From: Rhodothermales bacterium
GTDB lineage: Bacteria; Bacteroidota; Rhodothermia; Rhodothermales; Bin80
NCBI GenBank assembly: GCA_965200955.1
Contig: OZ241742.1
Span: forward strand, 170,320 to 234,319
DNA: 64,000 bases
Direction of reading: 5' to 3'
Shown: piece after piece, positions 18,312-27,812 of the stretch
How the letters are laid out: each line of letters begins with the position of its first letter
How positions within the stretch are numbered: position 1 is the first letter of the stretch
Translations under genes and position numbers: made by a program
The notes under the pieces: generated by a model
What the model saw: only the letters and a program-made list of their open reading frames with translations
The model's database searches: none
Told to the model about the DNA's origin: nothing

Positions 18312-21300
18312 CTAAACGTTAGTTTCAATAACACAAATTTCATGATCTGTTAAATCATAAAGATTATATACAAAGTGATCAAGTCTTTTTTTCAAGACTA
18401 AATACTCAGATTTATTATTGTGCAAGTTGGCTTGCGTAATCATGTCGACTAAACTACCATAAGTATAACTGTCTCCGTCGCATGGTTTAGGAATTGGGAT
18501 TTCAATTACACATGATTTGAGCCATTGAGTCTCACCCATTCCAGAAGTTGGTGCAGTATTTCTCACGAACCATGAAATAAGCTTTGAATTCAGAATTACA
18601 CATAGAAACTTAGTTGCTCTACCAGATAAGACATATGCACTGTTGGAAACAAAAAATTCCGACTGGTTGCAATAGGCAAATCTTCCCTGAGTACTGAGAG
18701 TAATCCAAAACAACTTTTCCTGAGAAAAAATATCGTGATAAGCACAAGTATCCTGTAATTCAAACCATTGATGAGGTGTTTTTTTTCTCGACTTAACCCC
18801 ATTAGGCAATTGCTCTCCAGTCTGCTCTAAGCGAGATTTTCCATGAGTGAGTAAATATCTCTTGATTGCAGGATACCTATTTATGTTTAAGTTTCTTGAT
18901 GGAAAAGTAGTGATAATCCATAAGTGAGCCCAGTTTGCATGGTAACGCTGAATATCTCGCCCCCTGAGTACAGGCTTCAAAATTTCTGCTGAATTACTGT
19001 CTTCAGCAATAAGTCTATCTTTAGTAGCTTGATCAACAATAAAGGCTTCATTTAAGCCAGTAGTGATCCCACGGTAAATTGAAACTGATTTCCATTCTTT
19101 TAATGGGGTGCCTTTATTGAACATCTTTTCTAAAATACACCATTCACAGTCACTCAATACTCGCCAGATATCATTTCCGTTTGGCCGAATCTTACCCCAT
19201 TGATTTTGGGGAGGTGGAAGAGCATGAGTACCGATGCGATCCAAATCAATTCCTTTGAATTCATTCTGATGATCATTGGGGGAATTTTGAAGAAACAAAA
19301 TACAGGTATCAACATCTGCTTCAAAAACATCTTTACCCACATCTAAAAGAGATAGAGGAGTAGAATGACGCGATAGGTAATTCCGCAATTTCTTGCCGTA
19401 ATTAGCTCGAAGCCAACTATTGGATGTAATGAAAGCCAAAATTCCTTGATCCTTCAGTAACTCGCATGATCTCTCATAAAATAATTGATAAATATCACCC
19501 GTCCTTGCAAAAGTACGATAACCAGCATCTTTGTATAATTTACCAAGTTTCCCGCCATCCTTCTGAAGAGACCGATAAGGTGGATTACCAATCACAATAT
19601 TGAATCCATCCTCAATCCCAAACATATATTGTGGATCAAACCAGTTGGCAATATTATTCTGGTCATATGGATTCCAAGATACTAACTGGTCTGAAGAATT
19701 TGGAGGAAAACCGAGTACCTTGAGTTCTTCCACTAATTCAGACCGCAATTTGGAGTCAATCAATTCACACTTCTGTTTTTTTTCCGTGCTATTGGCGTGA
19801 AAATATCTCTCACGATTAGTCAATAGTTCTTTCTGTAGAACGATAATTTTTTCGCTATTGAGAGTTCCTTCACTAATCAACTTCATCAGAGAATCCGCCG
19901 CGACAAAACGTGTCTCTAAATTTGGAAGAGGTTTGATTCCATAATTGTCTCTACCTTGATCTGATTCTTGCTCAATAATAAGTGAAATAAAGAAGCGTAA
20001 CTTAGTAATCTGACATGCAATCGCTTGAATATCTATTCCATAAATACTATTCTGAATCAAGTATATCTTACGCCCATAATCACCAGAATAGTTCTCAAAT
20101 ATATTGCTAATCTCAATTAATTCCTCATCTCGATCCGCTTTATCAATCGTTTCAAAGGCCTTATCCGATCTAAGTTTAGCTCTATCTTGTTGAAGACTTC
20201 TCCATAGTGAATTATCCTGATCAAGTTGGCGTAATGCGTAAGTCAATTTATGAAGGATAGTCATTGGAAATGCACCTGATCCAACAGCAGGGTCAAGAAT
20301 CTTTAATTCACTGATAAAACGAACAATTTCCTTCTTGTTTAGATCACTGAATTCTTCAGTTTTTATCTCATAATCAAAAAGTGAACGTAAACGATTTTCC
20401 CAAGACTTTATATTCCCATCTACTGGCTTAATCATTTTGCTCAACAGTGTAATTATCACCTCATCCACCATGTAATTAACAATATTTCTTGGAGTGTAGA
20501 ATGAACCAGTTTCATTTCTGGCAGTGTTTCTTGTTTCAGGGTTGTATGAAGCAAGTAGGTTTTCAAACACTAGTCCAAGCAGTTCTGGATCAAGGGCTAC
20601 ATCAATCTCTGTTGGAGTATTTTCTTCAACAGTAAATTTGTATTGATTAAGGATGGTAAATAAGCCGCTGGCACCAAAAAATAAATCATCTGGTACATTT
20701 AGACTTTCCCTGAATACTTTTTCACTTTCGGAAGCTCCATCCATTAAATAATCATCGTTAAACATGTCCAACTTCTTCGCATTCTGATCTTCATTTTTAT
20801 GATCATCAAGACAATCAAACAGTCCACCATTAATGAATGGAGTTTGTGCCATGAGTTCCTCAAAATGCTCAACTTGATCAATCAGAATCTGATATCTCCA
20901 ATGACTTGTTGTATACATTGGATCACCGTCATTGGTAGGTGTCCACGATCGCTTTTCCATGGGGACATTAAGCGTTGCGAAAAAAAGATTCTGAAGAACC
21001 GCTTGGTAGTAGTCTGATCCACCAAAATGATGAAGTAGATTTCTCATCTTTGACTTAGAGAACCACTCTTCTGAAACAAGTCCTTTTTCCTTCATAAACC
21101 ATACAAAGAGTATGCGTGTCACGCAACGAATTACTTGTTGCTCTGGTGAGACACCAGTGGGCCAAGTTGCAGTTGAAACGGCACGTTCAAACCATTCAAA
21201 CAGTTGTTGATAGAATTGACGATTAAGCGGTTTCGTATCAAGAACAGATTCCCATTTGTCATGGAGTTGATCAAAATTCTTAACACTCTTGTGCTTCTTT

Positions 21301-21890
21301 AGTGAAAGATTTTGTAAGATATCTAAATGTGCACGATGGGGATCTTTGACGCGAATATCCTTGATAAGCGTAACTTTTTCAAGAACATCTTTTGAGTGAT
21401 CTCTTAGGTGAGGTCGACGATGAATCAATGCAGTTGTTAGGTCTCGCTTATCAGATGTTTTACCATATCGATAAAACATGATCACTGGCATTTTGAAAAT
21501 CTTATTCACAATCCGAGTCATCTCTGCTAATTTGCCCCTCGTATATTTTTCTTCGCTTAAATCAACCGCGACAAAGAGAAAAGACTGGATGCGACCTTGG
21601 TCAAATTCAGTGGATGAAAAAATAGTGGATTCTTGAATCTCATCATCCGTTATTTGAAATACAATTTCTGCCTGATCCCAATGCTGTCTCAGCAAATCAA
21701 TCTGTTTATCTTTCACATTCTCCTCCGCTTTACCCCACTCTATGAAAGTGGTTAGATTATTATTTTCGGGTGGTAATACCTTATTACTGGTGTAACCAAG
21801 TTCAGAAAGTAATCGAACTGTGCTGTCTCGCAGAGATCCATCCGCAAAATCACGAATGGTATTAGAAATAGTTTGTTCAGATTGATGCAT
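18312..21890 (-). CDS. Large gamma-class N6-adenine DNA methyltransferase with C-terminal target-recognition region (Eco57I/PglX/DrmMI-like)
   Basis: 1192 aa. SAM-binding motif I ILDPAVGSGAFPM lies upstream of catalytic motif IV VIGNPPYRSL. A TaqI_C-like specificity region follows (ILAFITSNSWLRANYGKKLRNYL ...). The start overlaps the upstream helicase gene by 14 nt. Confidence 0.85.
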   Translation of the reverse strand: MHQSEQTISNTIRDFADGSLRDSTVRLLSELGYTSNKVLPPENNNLTTFIEWGKAEENVKDKQIDLLRQHWDQAEIVFQITDDEIQESTIFSSTEFDQGRIQSFLFVAVDLSEEKYTRGKLAEMTRIVNKIFKMPVIMFYRYGKTSDKRDLTTALIHRRPHLRDHSKDVLEKVTLIKDIRVKDPHRAHLDILQNLSLKKHKSVKNFDQLHDKWESVLDTKPLNRQFYQQLFEWFERAVSTATWPTGVSPEQQVIRCVTRILFVWFMKEKGLVSEEWFSKSKMRNLLHHFGGSDYYQAVLQNLFFATLNVPMEKRSWTPTNDGDPMYTTSHWRYQILIDQVEHFEELMAQTPFINGGLFDCLDDHKNEDQNAKKLDMFNDDYLMDGASESEKVFRESLNVPDDLFFGASGLFTILNQYKFTVEENTPTEIDVALDPELLGLVFENLLASYNPETRNTARNETGSFYTPRNIVNYMVDEVIITLLSKMIKPVDGNIKSWENRLRSLFDYEIKTEEFSDLNKKEIVRFISELKILDPAVGSGAFPMTILHKLTYALRQLDQDNSLWRSLQQDRAKLRSDKAFETIDKADRDEELIEISNIFENYSGDYGRKIYLIQNSIYGIDIQAIACQITKLRFFISLIIEQESDQGRDNYGIKPLPNLETRFVAADSLMKLISEGTLNSEKIIVLQKELLTNRERYFHANSTEKKQKCELIDSKLRSELVEELKVLGFPPNSSDQLVSWNPYDQNNIANWFDPQYMFGIEDGFNIVIGNPPYRSLQKDGGKLGKLYKDAGYRTFARTGDIYQLFYERSCELLKDQGILAFITSNSWLRANYGKKLRNYLSRHSTPLSLLDVGKDVFEADVDTCILFLQNSPNDHQNEFKGIDLDRIGTHALPPPQNQWGKIRPNGNDIWRVLSDCEWCILEKMFNKGTPLKEWKSVSIYRGITTGLNEAFIVDQATKDRLIAEDSNSAEILKPVLRGRDIQRYHANWAHLWIITTFPSRNLNINRYPAIKRYLLTHGKSRLEQTGEQLPNGVKSRKKTPHQWFELQDTCAYHDIFSQEKLFWITLSTQGRFAYCNQSEFFVSNSAYVLSGRATKFLCVILNSKLISWFVRNTAPTSGMGETQWLKSCVIEIPIPKPCDGDSYTYGSLVDMITQANLHNNKSEYLVLKKRLDHFVYNLYDLTDHEICVIETNV
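18673..18747. repeat. IR-b, copy inside the active methyltransferase gene
   Basis: Reverse complement is identical to 17828-17902 (75/75). Confidence 0.95.
18918..18951. repeat. IR-a, copy inside the active methyltransferase gene
   Basis: Reverse complement is identical to 17651-17684 (34/34). Confidence 0.95.
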
Positions 21891-24800
21891 CGGTAGAGTC
21901 TAAAATTGCAACCCAAGTGACTAGTTCAAATGAGTGTGCCCCGTAAGGAACATCTGGTAGATTAAGCAGTTTGGCAGATCGATTATTGAATAAATCTTCC
22001 AGCTGAGTTCTGGAAAATTTCCCGCGAATTTGCCGGATTGCTGAATCCAACATTTTCTCATAGTGAGACATATCACTGCCATTATGTGTCTTTTGATCAA
22101 ACGCTCCTACAAGTGCACGAATGGGTTCAGTTCGATTGGTTGCCAAATTACGAAATAGCGTGAGTATTTTCTTCGGCTGGTTGAACAGATACCTAACGGT
22201 TCCATCATCACGAACATAGGATAAAAAATAGGGATGTAATCGATTAGGTGTACGGACAGATCCAGAGTTTTTTTGTTTGAGACAAAATATAACTCCTGGG
22301 GCAATCTTTTCAGATGTAGGGACTGTTGGTTCAACTGGAACAACCGTACTGATTCCAAACGGGGCTTTTTCCAGTTCTTCACGTTTAGACTGGAGATACA
22401 TTTTCAGATCTGCTAAAAAGTCATCAATCGTGAAATCACTCAGAGAGACTCCATCATCTATTTCTTCAAGATCAAGACTCTCTTCTCGGATTCGCATCAG
22501 CTGTGCATCTCGAAAGTTCAACTCAGACTGCAGACTATCATGAACTTCTTCCTTTGAATTCGTAGTAAGAAGATCATTGCGACCAGTTGCGGCGGCATCT
22601 ACCAAAGCCATTCGAGAAATCACACGGTCCTTCAAGTTCAGATACCGTTCAAGGTCTTTGGTTGGCCAAAAATTTACCATCTGCACTTTCTGGTTACGAC
22701 TACCAATTCTATCAATACGCCCAAAACGTTGCATCAGACGTACAGGATTCCAGTGAATGTCATAATTCACGACCATGTCACAGTCTTGGAGATTTTGACC
22801 CTCAGATAAACAGTCGGTAGTAATCAGTATATCAATCTGATCTGACTTAGGGTCCGAGTGTTGTGCCATTGGTGCAAAACGTGAAAGTATTCCTCCAAAT
22901 TCGCGAATCCCTAAACTACTGTTGTTATCCCTTTGACCACCAGTGACGATTGCGATATGAACATAAAGTTCAGTGATTGCCCAATCCTTGAGGTTATTGT
23001 ACAAATAAACGGCAGTGTCTGAGAATGTGGTAAAGATCAACACTTTTCGATTAGACTCAGATTTGTTAACCAATGGCAGTTCGTATACTTTTTCTTTCAG
23101 GAGTTTTTTTAATTCAGCAAGTTTGGCATCCCTTGTGACACCTACTGCACTCGCTTCTACATAAACATCTCTTAAAACACTACGATCTTTTCGTATATCT
23201 TCCCTCCACTCCTTGAGTTTTAGCTCGATAAATCTATACGTCCTCCCTTTTCCGACGACAAACTCATCATCATCTTCAACTAATTCGTCATCTATGATGA
23301 GAGACTCCGTGTCCTCTGACCGGTCTTCATACCACCTCTCAATCATTGAATCCAGTGCATCCATTTTGCTTAAAATCCTTCCAATCGTAAGTGTGAATGA
23401 CTGAATGGAACTCTCCAATCTCTTTAACAGATTAACCCGCATCATTCCCACAAGCCAAGTTTCTCGATCTTTTTGGTTGAAGTTTAACCGATCCTTTTCA
23501 CCATCCAACTCAGATGTGTCTTTGACATACCATGATGGTTGATAGATTGCCAAGCTGAAACTGCTAATTTGTTCATGTAGATCATCGTAGGATAGTTCTT
23601 GATGCGTATCGGTATGCGGATGTAAGTTTCTTGGACTCTCTCGTTCGGGAAAACCTCCGATTTCCTTCTCAACCTCTGGATAAGCTTTTTGAATGTGCTT
23701 GCGAGAGCGTGCAATAGTGATAGCATCAAGGATCGCAAAGAAATCAGCTCCCAGCTTTTCAATTAATGCGTTCTTGTTACGGCTTGGATTTTCGTCTTGT
23801 GCCCATTTTTGAAATTCTCTTTGAGCTAATTTGAACACATTCTGAATGTCATCAATTCCAAGGGAATCACGGAATGCATCCTGACGCTTTTCAGTGATCA
23901 AATAAATTTGATTCCGAAGATCTCGGAGGCTTGTATTGACGGGGGTAGCTGAAAGCATCAGCACCTTGGTTTCACTTCCGGACTTCAATACATCTTCTAA
24001 CAATCGAGTGTATCTACTCCTTGAAATCAATTCGCCAGATTCATCCTTCTTGTCACGCCCCTCATTACGAAAATTATGAGATTCGTCAATAACAATTAGA
24101 TTGTAGGCACCCCAGTTGAAATCGGCGAGATCAATGATCCCTGACATTCCTTTTGAACGACTCAAATCAGTATGTGCAAGAACCGAATAATTGAGTCTGT
24201 CTTCTATCAAGGGGTTATTCGTGGACCCAGCAGAGGATAGATACCTCAGCCAATTTTGCTCAAGTTTTTTGGGGCAGAGAACTAAAACTCTTTGATTTTG
24301 AAGTTGAAAATACTTGATCACAGCCAATGCTGTCCATGTCTTCCCCAAACCAACACTATCTGCAATGATACACCCATTATGGCGAGACAACCGATTGATT
24401 GCACTCACAGCTCCGTCTTTCTGAAATGAATACAATGATTTCCATACCTTTGTATCGTACAGATGACTTGGACCAATGATATCCTCATGATCTTGAATCT
24501 CATCTAGTTTTTCTTCAAGCACATGAAACAAGGTCTTGTAATAAATGAATTCTGGCGAATAATTTTGTCCCAACCTTTGCAGAATCTCAAGGACCTCCTG
24601 TTTTGCATCACGCGTGAGATCATGATTATTCCAAAGCTGATTAAACCAATCCAAGAGAGGCTCACGATCAGGTTCATGTCCTACCTCAAGATTTAATTCA
24701 ATATTCGGGTTCCCTCCTAACCCCAAACCCCTCCTCGTAAAATTCGAACTACCGAGTACGACCTTGGAATTATCTTCCCCCTGATTCAAATGATAGAGTT

Positions 24801-25170
24801 TACCGTGGAGAAAATTGCTTTTTTGAATTGTTCTGATTTCCACTTTATCACGAATCCATTTTTCACATGCTATAGCAATCGGCTTTTGAGAAAGGATCTG
24901 CTTCAGCTCAATTCCACCATCGTCAGTCAAGCGATAATCTTTATGGTCACTTTTTGAAGGATCAATGACTTGTAATCCTCCTGGATCTCCATATAAAAAG
25001 CGTAATTCTTCAATCAGATCTAACTGATCTTTTAAATCGTGATAGGCATAAATGGTAAAATATGCCGATACGATCGATAGCTTAGTTGAAGAATCAAGTT
25101 CTTGGCTGAGGAAATCACCCAGCTTTCGATCTTGATTATCTATGATTGAATTCTTGAAAAGTGTGGTCAT
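21877..25170 (-). CDS. PLD-family (single HKD-like) nuclease domain fused to SNF2-type SF2 ATPase
   Basis: N-terminus: LHGKLYHLN...VVLGSSNFTRRG (H-x-K ... G-S-x-N PLD/Nuc-type motif). ATPase: IIADSVGLGKTWTA (motif I), LIVIDESHNFRN (II), LMLSATPVNTSLRDL (III), TDCLSEGQNLQDCDMVVNYDIHWNPVRLMQRFGRIDRIGS (V-VI). Confidence 0.85.
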   Translation of the reverse strand: MTTLFKNSIIDNQDRKLGDFLSQELDSSTKLSIVSAYFTIYAYHDLKDQLDLIEELRFLYGDPGGLQVIDPSKSDHKDYRLTDDGGIELKQILSQKPIAIACEKWIRDKVEIRTIQKSNFLHGKLYHLNQGEDNSKVVLGSSNFTRRGLGLGGNPNIELNLEVGHEPDREPLLDWFNQLWNNHDLTRDAKQEVLEILQRLGQNYSPEFIYYKTLFHVLEEKLDEIQDHEDIIGPSHLYDTKVWKSLYSFQKDGAVSAINRLSRHNGCIIADSVGLGKTWTALAVIKYFQLQNQRVLVLCPKKLEQNWLRYLSSAGSTNNPLIEDRLNYSVLAHTDLSRSKGMSGIIDLADFNWGAYNLIVIDESHNFRNEGRDKKDESGELISRSRYTRLLEDVLKSGSETKVLMLSATPVNTSLRDLRNQIYLITEKRQDAFRDSLGIDDIQNVFKLAQREFQKWAQDENPSRNKNALIEKLGADFFAILDAITIARSRKHIQKAYPEVEKEIGGFPERESPRNLHPHTDTHQELSYDDLHEQISSFSLAIYQPSWYVKDTSELDGEKDRLNFNQKDRETWLVGMMRVNLLKRLESSIQSFTLTIGRILSKMDALDSMIERWYEDRSEDTESLIIDDELVEDDDEFVVGKGRTYRFIELKLKEWREDIRKDRSVLRDVYVEASAVGVTRDAKLAELKKLLKEKVYELPLVNKSESNRKVLIFTTFSDTAVYLYNNLKDWAITELYVHIAIVTGGQRDNNSSLGIREFGGILSRFAPMAQHSDPKSDQIDILITTDCLSEGQNLQDCDMVVNYDIHWNPVRLMQRFGRIDRIGSRNQKVQMVNFWPTKDLERYLNLKDRVISRMALVDAAATGRNDLLTTNSKEEVHDSLQSELNFRDAQLMRIREESLDLEEIDDGVSLSDFTIDDFLADLKMYLQSKREELEKAPFGISTVVPVEPTVPTSEKIAPGVIFCLKQKNSGSVRTPNRLHPYFLSYVRDDGTVRYLFNQPKKILTLFRNLATNRTEPIRALVGAFDQKTHNGSDMSHYEKMLDSAIRQIRGKFSRTQLEDLFNNRSAKLLNLPDVPYGAHSFELVTWVAILDSTDASI

Positions 25171-25387
25171 AATTTGAAATTCAACGCTACATATTGACGA
25201 ATAATACCCATATCAAATTGATTTGGGATGTGGTTCCAAGTTTCCCTCATTCAATTCGTATCATATGAATGTTGTAACGAAGACTTACGATCAGCATACA
25301 GTAAACTCATCATCTCGGAAGACGGATACAGGTAAAAATAATGGGTATATACTTGATTAGTCAAATACATATGATTATTTCGTGGCA

Positions 25388-26346
25388 TTACAAAAATTTT
25401 GCTCCTGCATGATCTTCAAAAACAGAAGCATCTCGAATATATTGGAGTACAGTTGCAGGATTTCTGTGTCTTGTCACCTCCATAATCTTGTCCAATCGTG
25501 CATGATGAACTGCAGCACTTGTCACAAAGCCAGCCCTGAGAGAGTGTCCTGAGTAATCGACTGGTGAGAGTCCGATCTTCTCGGCGTATTTCTTAACAAT
25601 TCTTGGTATCTCACTATGGTTCAAAGGCTTTCCAGATAAATGCCCACCCTTCCTAAATGTCTGAAATAAATAGCCATGCAGAAGGTTTGTTTTTTCTATC
25701 CATGTATGTAATCGAGTGACAGGACGAATAGATTTACCCTCTAAGACTGCGATCATTTGCCCGTTTCCTTGTTGATCGGTTTTTGATTGGCGAATCGTTA
25801 ATATTATTCGGTCAGAAGATATAAAATTCACATCTTCCATCTTGAGACTACATAATTCCGAACGTCGGAGAGCCGCGGCAAACCCAAGTGAAATAATTGC
25901 AGAGTCCCGGAGTCCAAAAAGTGTATCTGAACAACTCTCCAACATAGCACTGATATCATATTCACGCAATGCCTTCACTCTTCTTGGAGAATCATTACGA
26001 ATCCGTGATAAGCCTCCAAGTACATCGGTAACACGAACCGCTGAAGCTGGTGACTCTATATCTTTCTCTGTGAAGCACCAATTCAATGCACTTCGGTATA
26101 GTCTAAGGGTTCCTGAAGATAGCTTTTGATCCGAGTTTCTTTTCCTCAGAGAGGAAAGCCAAATAAAAAATTCACAATATCGTCAGAAGAAGCTGCTTCT
26201 GGCTCAATCTCTTGATTATCACAAAATTGTTGAAATCGCTTCCAAGCCTTGTTGTATGCCAGACGAGTATTATCAGAATAGGCTGCTCTTCGCAATTGTT
26301 CTGCCGTACAGGTCATAGCATCTTGTAGATGTGATGATACCATCAA
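25388..26346 (-). pseudogene. Tyrosine recombinase/integrase split by a frameshift at a homopolymer tract
   Basis: ORF 26146-26346 is the SAM-like N-terminal domain (SDNTRLAYNKAWKRFQQFC). ORF 25388-26086 is the catalytic domain (AAALRRSEL..., HSLRAGFVT, LQYIRD with the catalytic Tyr). The downstream frame is already open from about 26185 and reads EFFIWLSSLRKRNSDQKLSSGTLRLYRSALNWCF. The two frames meet in the A6 run 26165-26170, and one extra A would give a continuous ~319-aa protein. Confidence 0.75.
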
Positions 26347-27035
26347 AGAAGTTAGAGATAAAACGGGTTAATACTCGCTCATAAAAATCTCCTTGACAAT
26401 TACGAAATACAATACTATAATTGCATTAACCTCAAAATCAAGAAATATACGTTGAGTTTTTGTTTGCCAATTATACATCTTAATCTATCCCATGTTACAC
26501 TGGAATGAAAATTCGTGACATCAATTAGTTTGAATCGGTGATAACAGATGTATTGTCGGTGTACTAAGTAGACATCTTCTTGAATAAAGGCACGTATCGT
26601 ATCATTTGAACATCCATATACCATTTTGCAGAGTGTGCCTGTGCAGTTAGCATTCATGCAGACAGAATCCTAATAGCATGGGGAATTCTCAGGGGGCAGT
26701 CCTATTGATACCCGAATCGGAGACATAATTGGGTTCAGAAGTATAGAGTTTGATCTTAGAACATAATCATCAACTAATATCAAAGAAAGTTCAACTGATT
26801 CAAGAGTTTTCAATAAAACCAACTTGTCAGAAAAATCGTAGCCTTACATACTGCTGGTTTGCCCAGAAAGACTACAGGATGATGGCTATGGAGGGGTGGG
26901 TAATGTAACGTTACGAAAAAAATTCTCGTCAGTAATGATATCCGTTTAAAATCATAGTCGACTAATTCTGTACCAGAGTATATAGAGAAAGTGGCAAGTA
27001 TTTCGTAATTTTCGACTCTAATTTGTTTTTATTAA

Positions 27036-27812
27036 TTGATGAACCCATTTACAACTCACGGTGCCTTCAGTTGGCAAGAGCTTCTTACATCCGATACCTC
27101 AGCGATCCAAGATTACTATACACGACTATTGGGATATACCACTAGTGAAGTACCTATGCCCAATGGTACTTACACGATGCTTTTTAGTAATTCAAAGCGC
27201 ATTTGTGGACTCATGGAATGCCCTCCTGATTCTCCACCATGTTGGTCCTACTACGTCACCGTTGATAACATCCAACAACTTCTTGAAGAGAATGAATTAA
27301 ACATTATTGTTCCCACACAAGAAGTCTCCATGGTGGGATCATTTACGGGATTTCTTGATCCATTTGGAGCTTATCTGTCTATGATTCAATACAATGAATC
27401 TGTTGAACTTGATCAACACGCTATTGTGAGCCATCAAGAAGCTGCTACTATACATGGTGCTTTTTCGTGGTTTGAACTCCATACTAATGATCCAGAAGCA
27501 TCAGCGGATTGGTATAGTAAACTGTTTGGTTGGTCCATCAAGAAAATAGAAGTACCCGCAACATACTACATAATTTCTGTGGGTGATACAGAAATTGGTG
27601 GAATCATGGAACTCATGGATCCTAATGTTCCTCCATACTGGAGTTGTATCGTTACCGTTGATAATGTTGATGCTGTGCAGGAAAAGGTAGCCGAACTGAG
27701 GGGAACCAATCTCTCACCAGCGTTTGATTTGCCTGATGTTGGACGATTGCTGTATACGCTTGATCCTGCTGGTTCACCACTTGCATTTGGCACATGGGCA
27801 TTCCTATCCTAA
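27036..27812 (+). CDS. VOC (glyoxalase/bleomycin-resistance fold) family protein, two tandem domains
   Basis: Internal duplication: HGAFSWQELLTSD...YYTRLLGY and HGAFSWFELHTNDPEASADWYSKLFGW. Each copy is followed by PP-x-W-S-x-Y/I-VTVDN. Confidence 0.75.
   Translation: MMNPFTTHGAFSWQELLTSDTSAIQDYYTRLLGYTTSEVPMPNGTYTMLFSNSKRICGLMECPPDSPPCWSYYVTVDNIQQLLEENELNIIVPTQEVSMVGSFTGFLDPFGAYLSMIQYNESVELDQHAIVSHQEAATIHGAFSWFELHTNDPEASADWYSKLFGWSIKKIEVPATYYIISVGDTEIGGIMELMDPNVPPYWSCIVTVDNVDAVQEKVAELRGTNLSPAFDLPDVGRLLYTLDPAGSPLAFGTWAFLS

Noticed and set aside
26415-26657. 80-aa Cys-rich minus ORF upstream of the recombinase.
   Set aside because: It has no motif and odd composition, and lies in an AT-rich intergenic stretch. 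It is probably spurious.
26347-27035. Search for an attR-type direct repeat of the tRNA-Pro 3' end to delimit the island.
   Set aside because: Only 7-8-nt chance-level matches were found (gggttca, ggggtgg), so no boundary is claimed.
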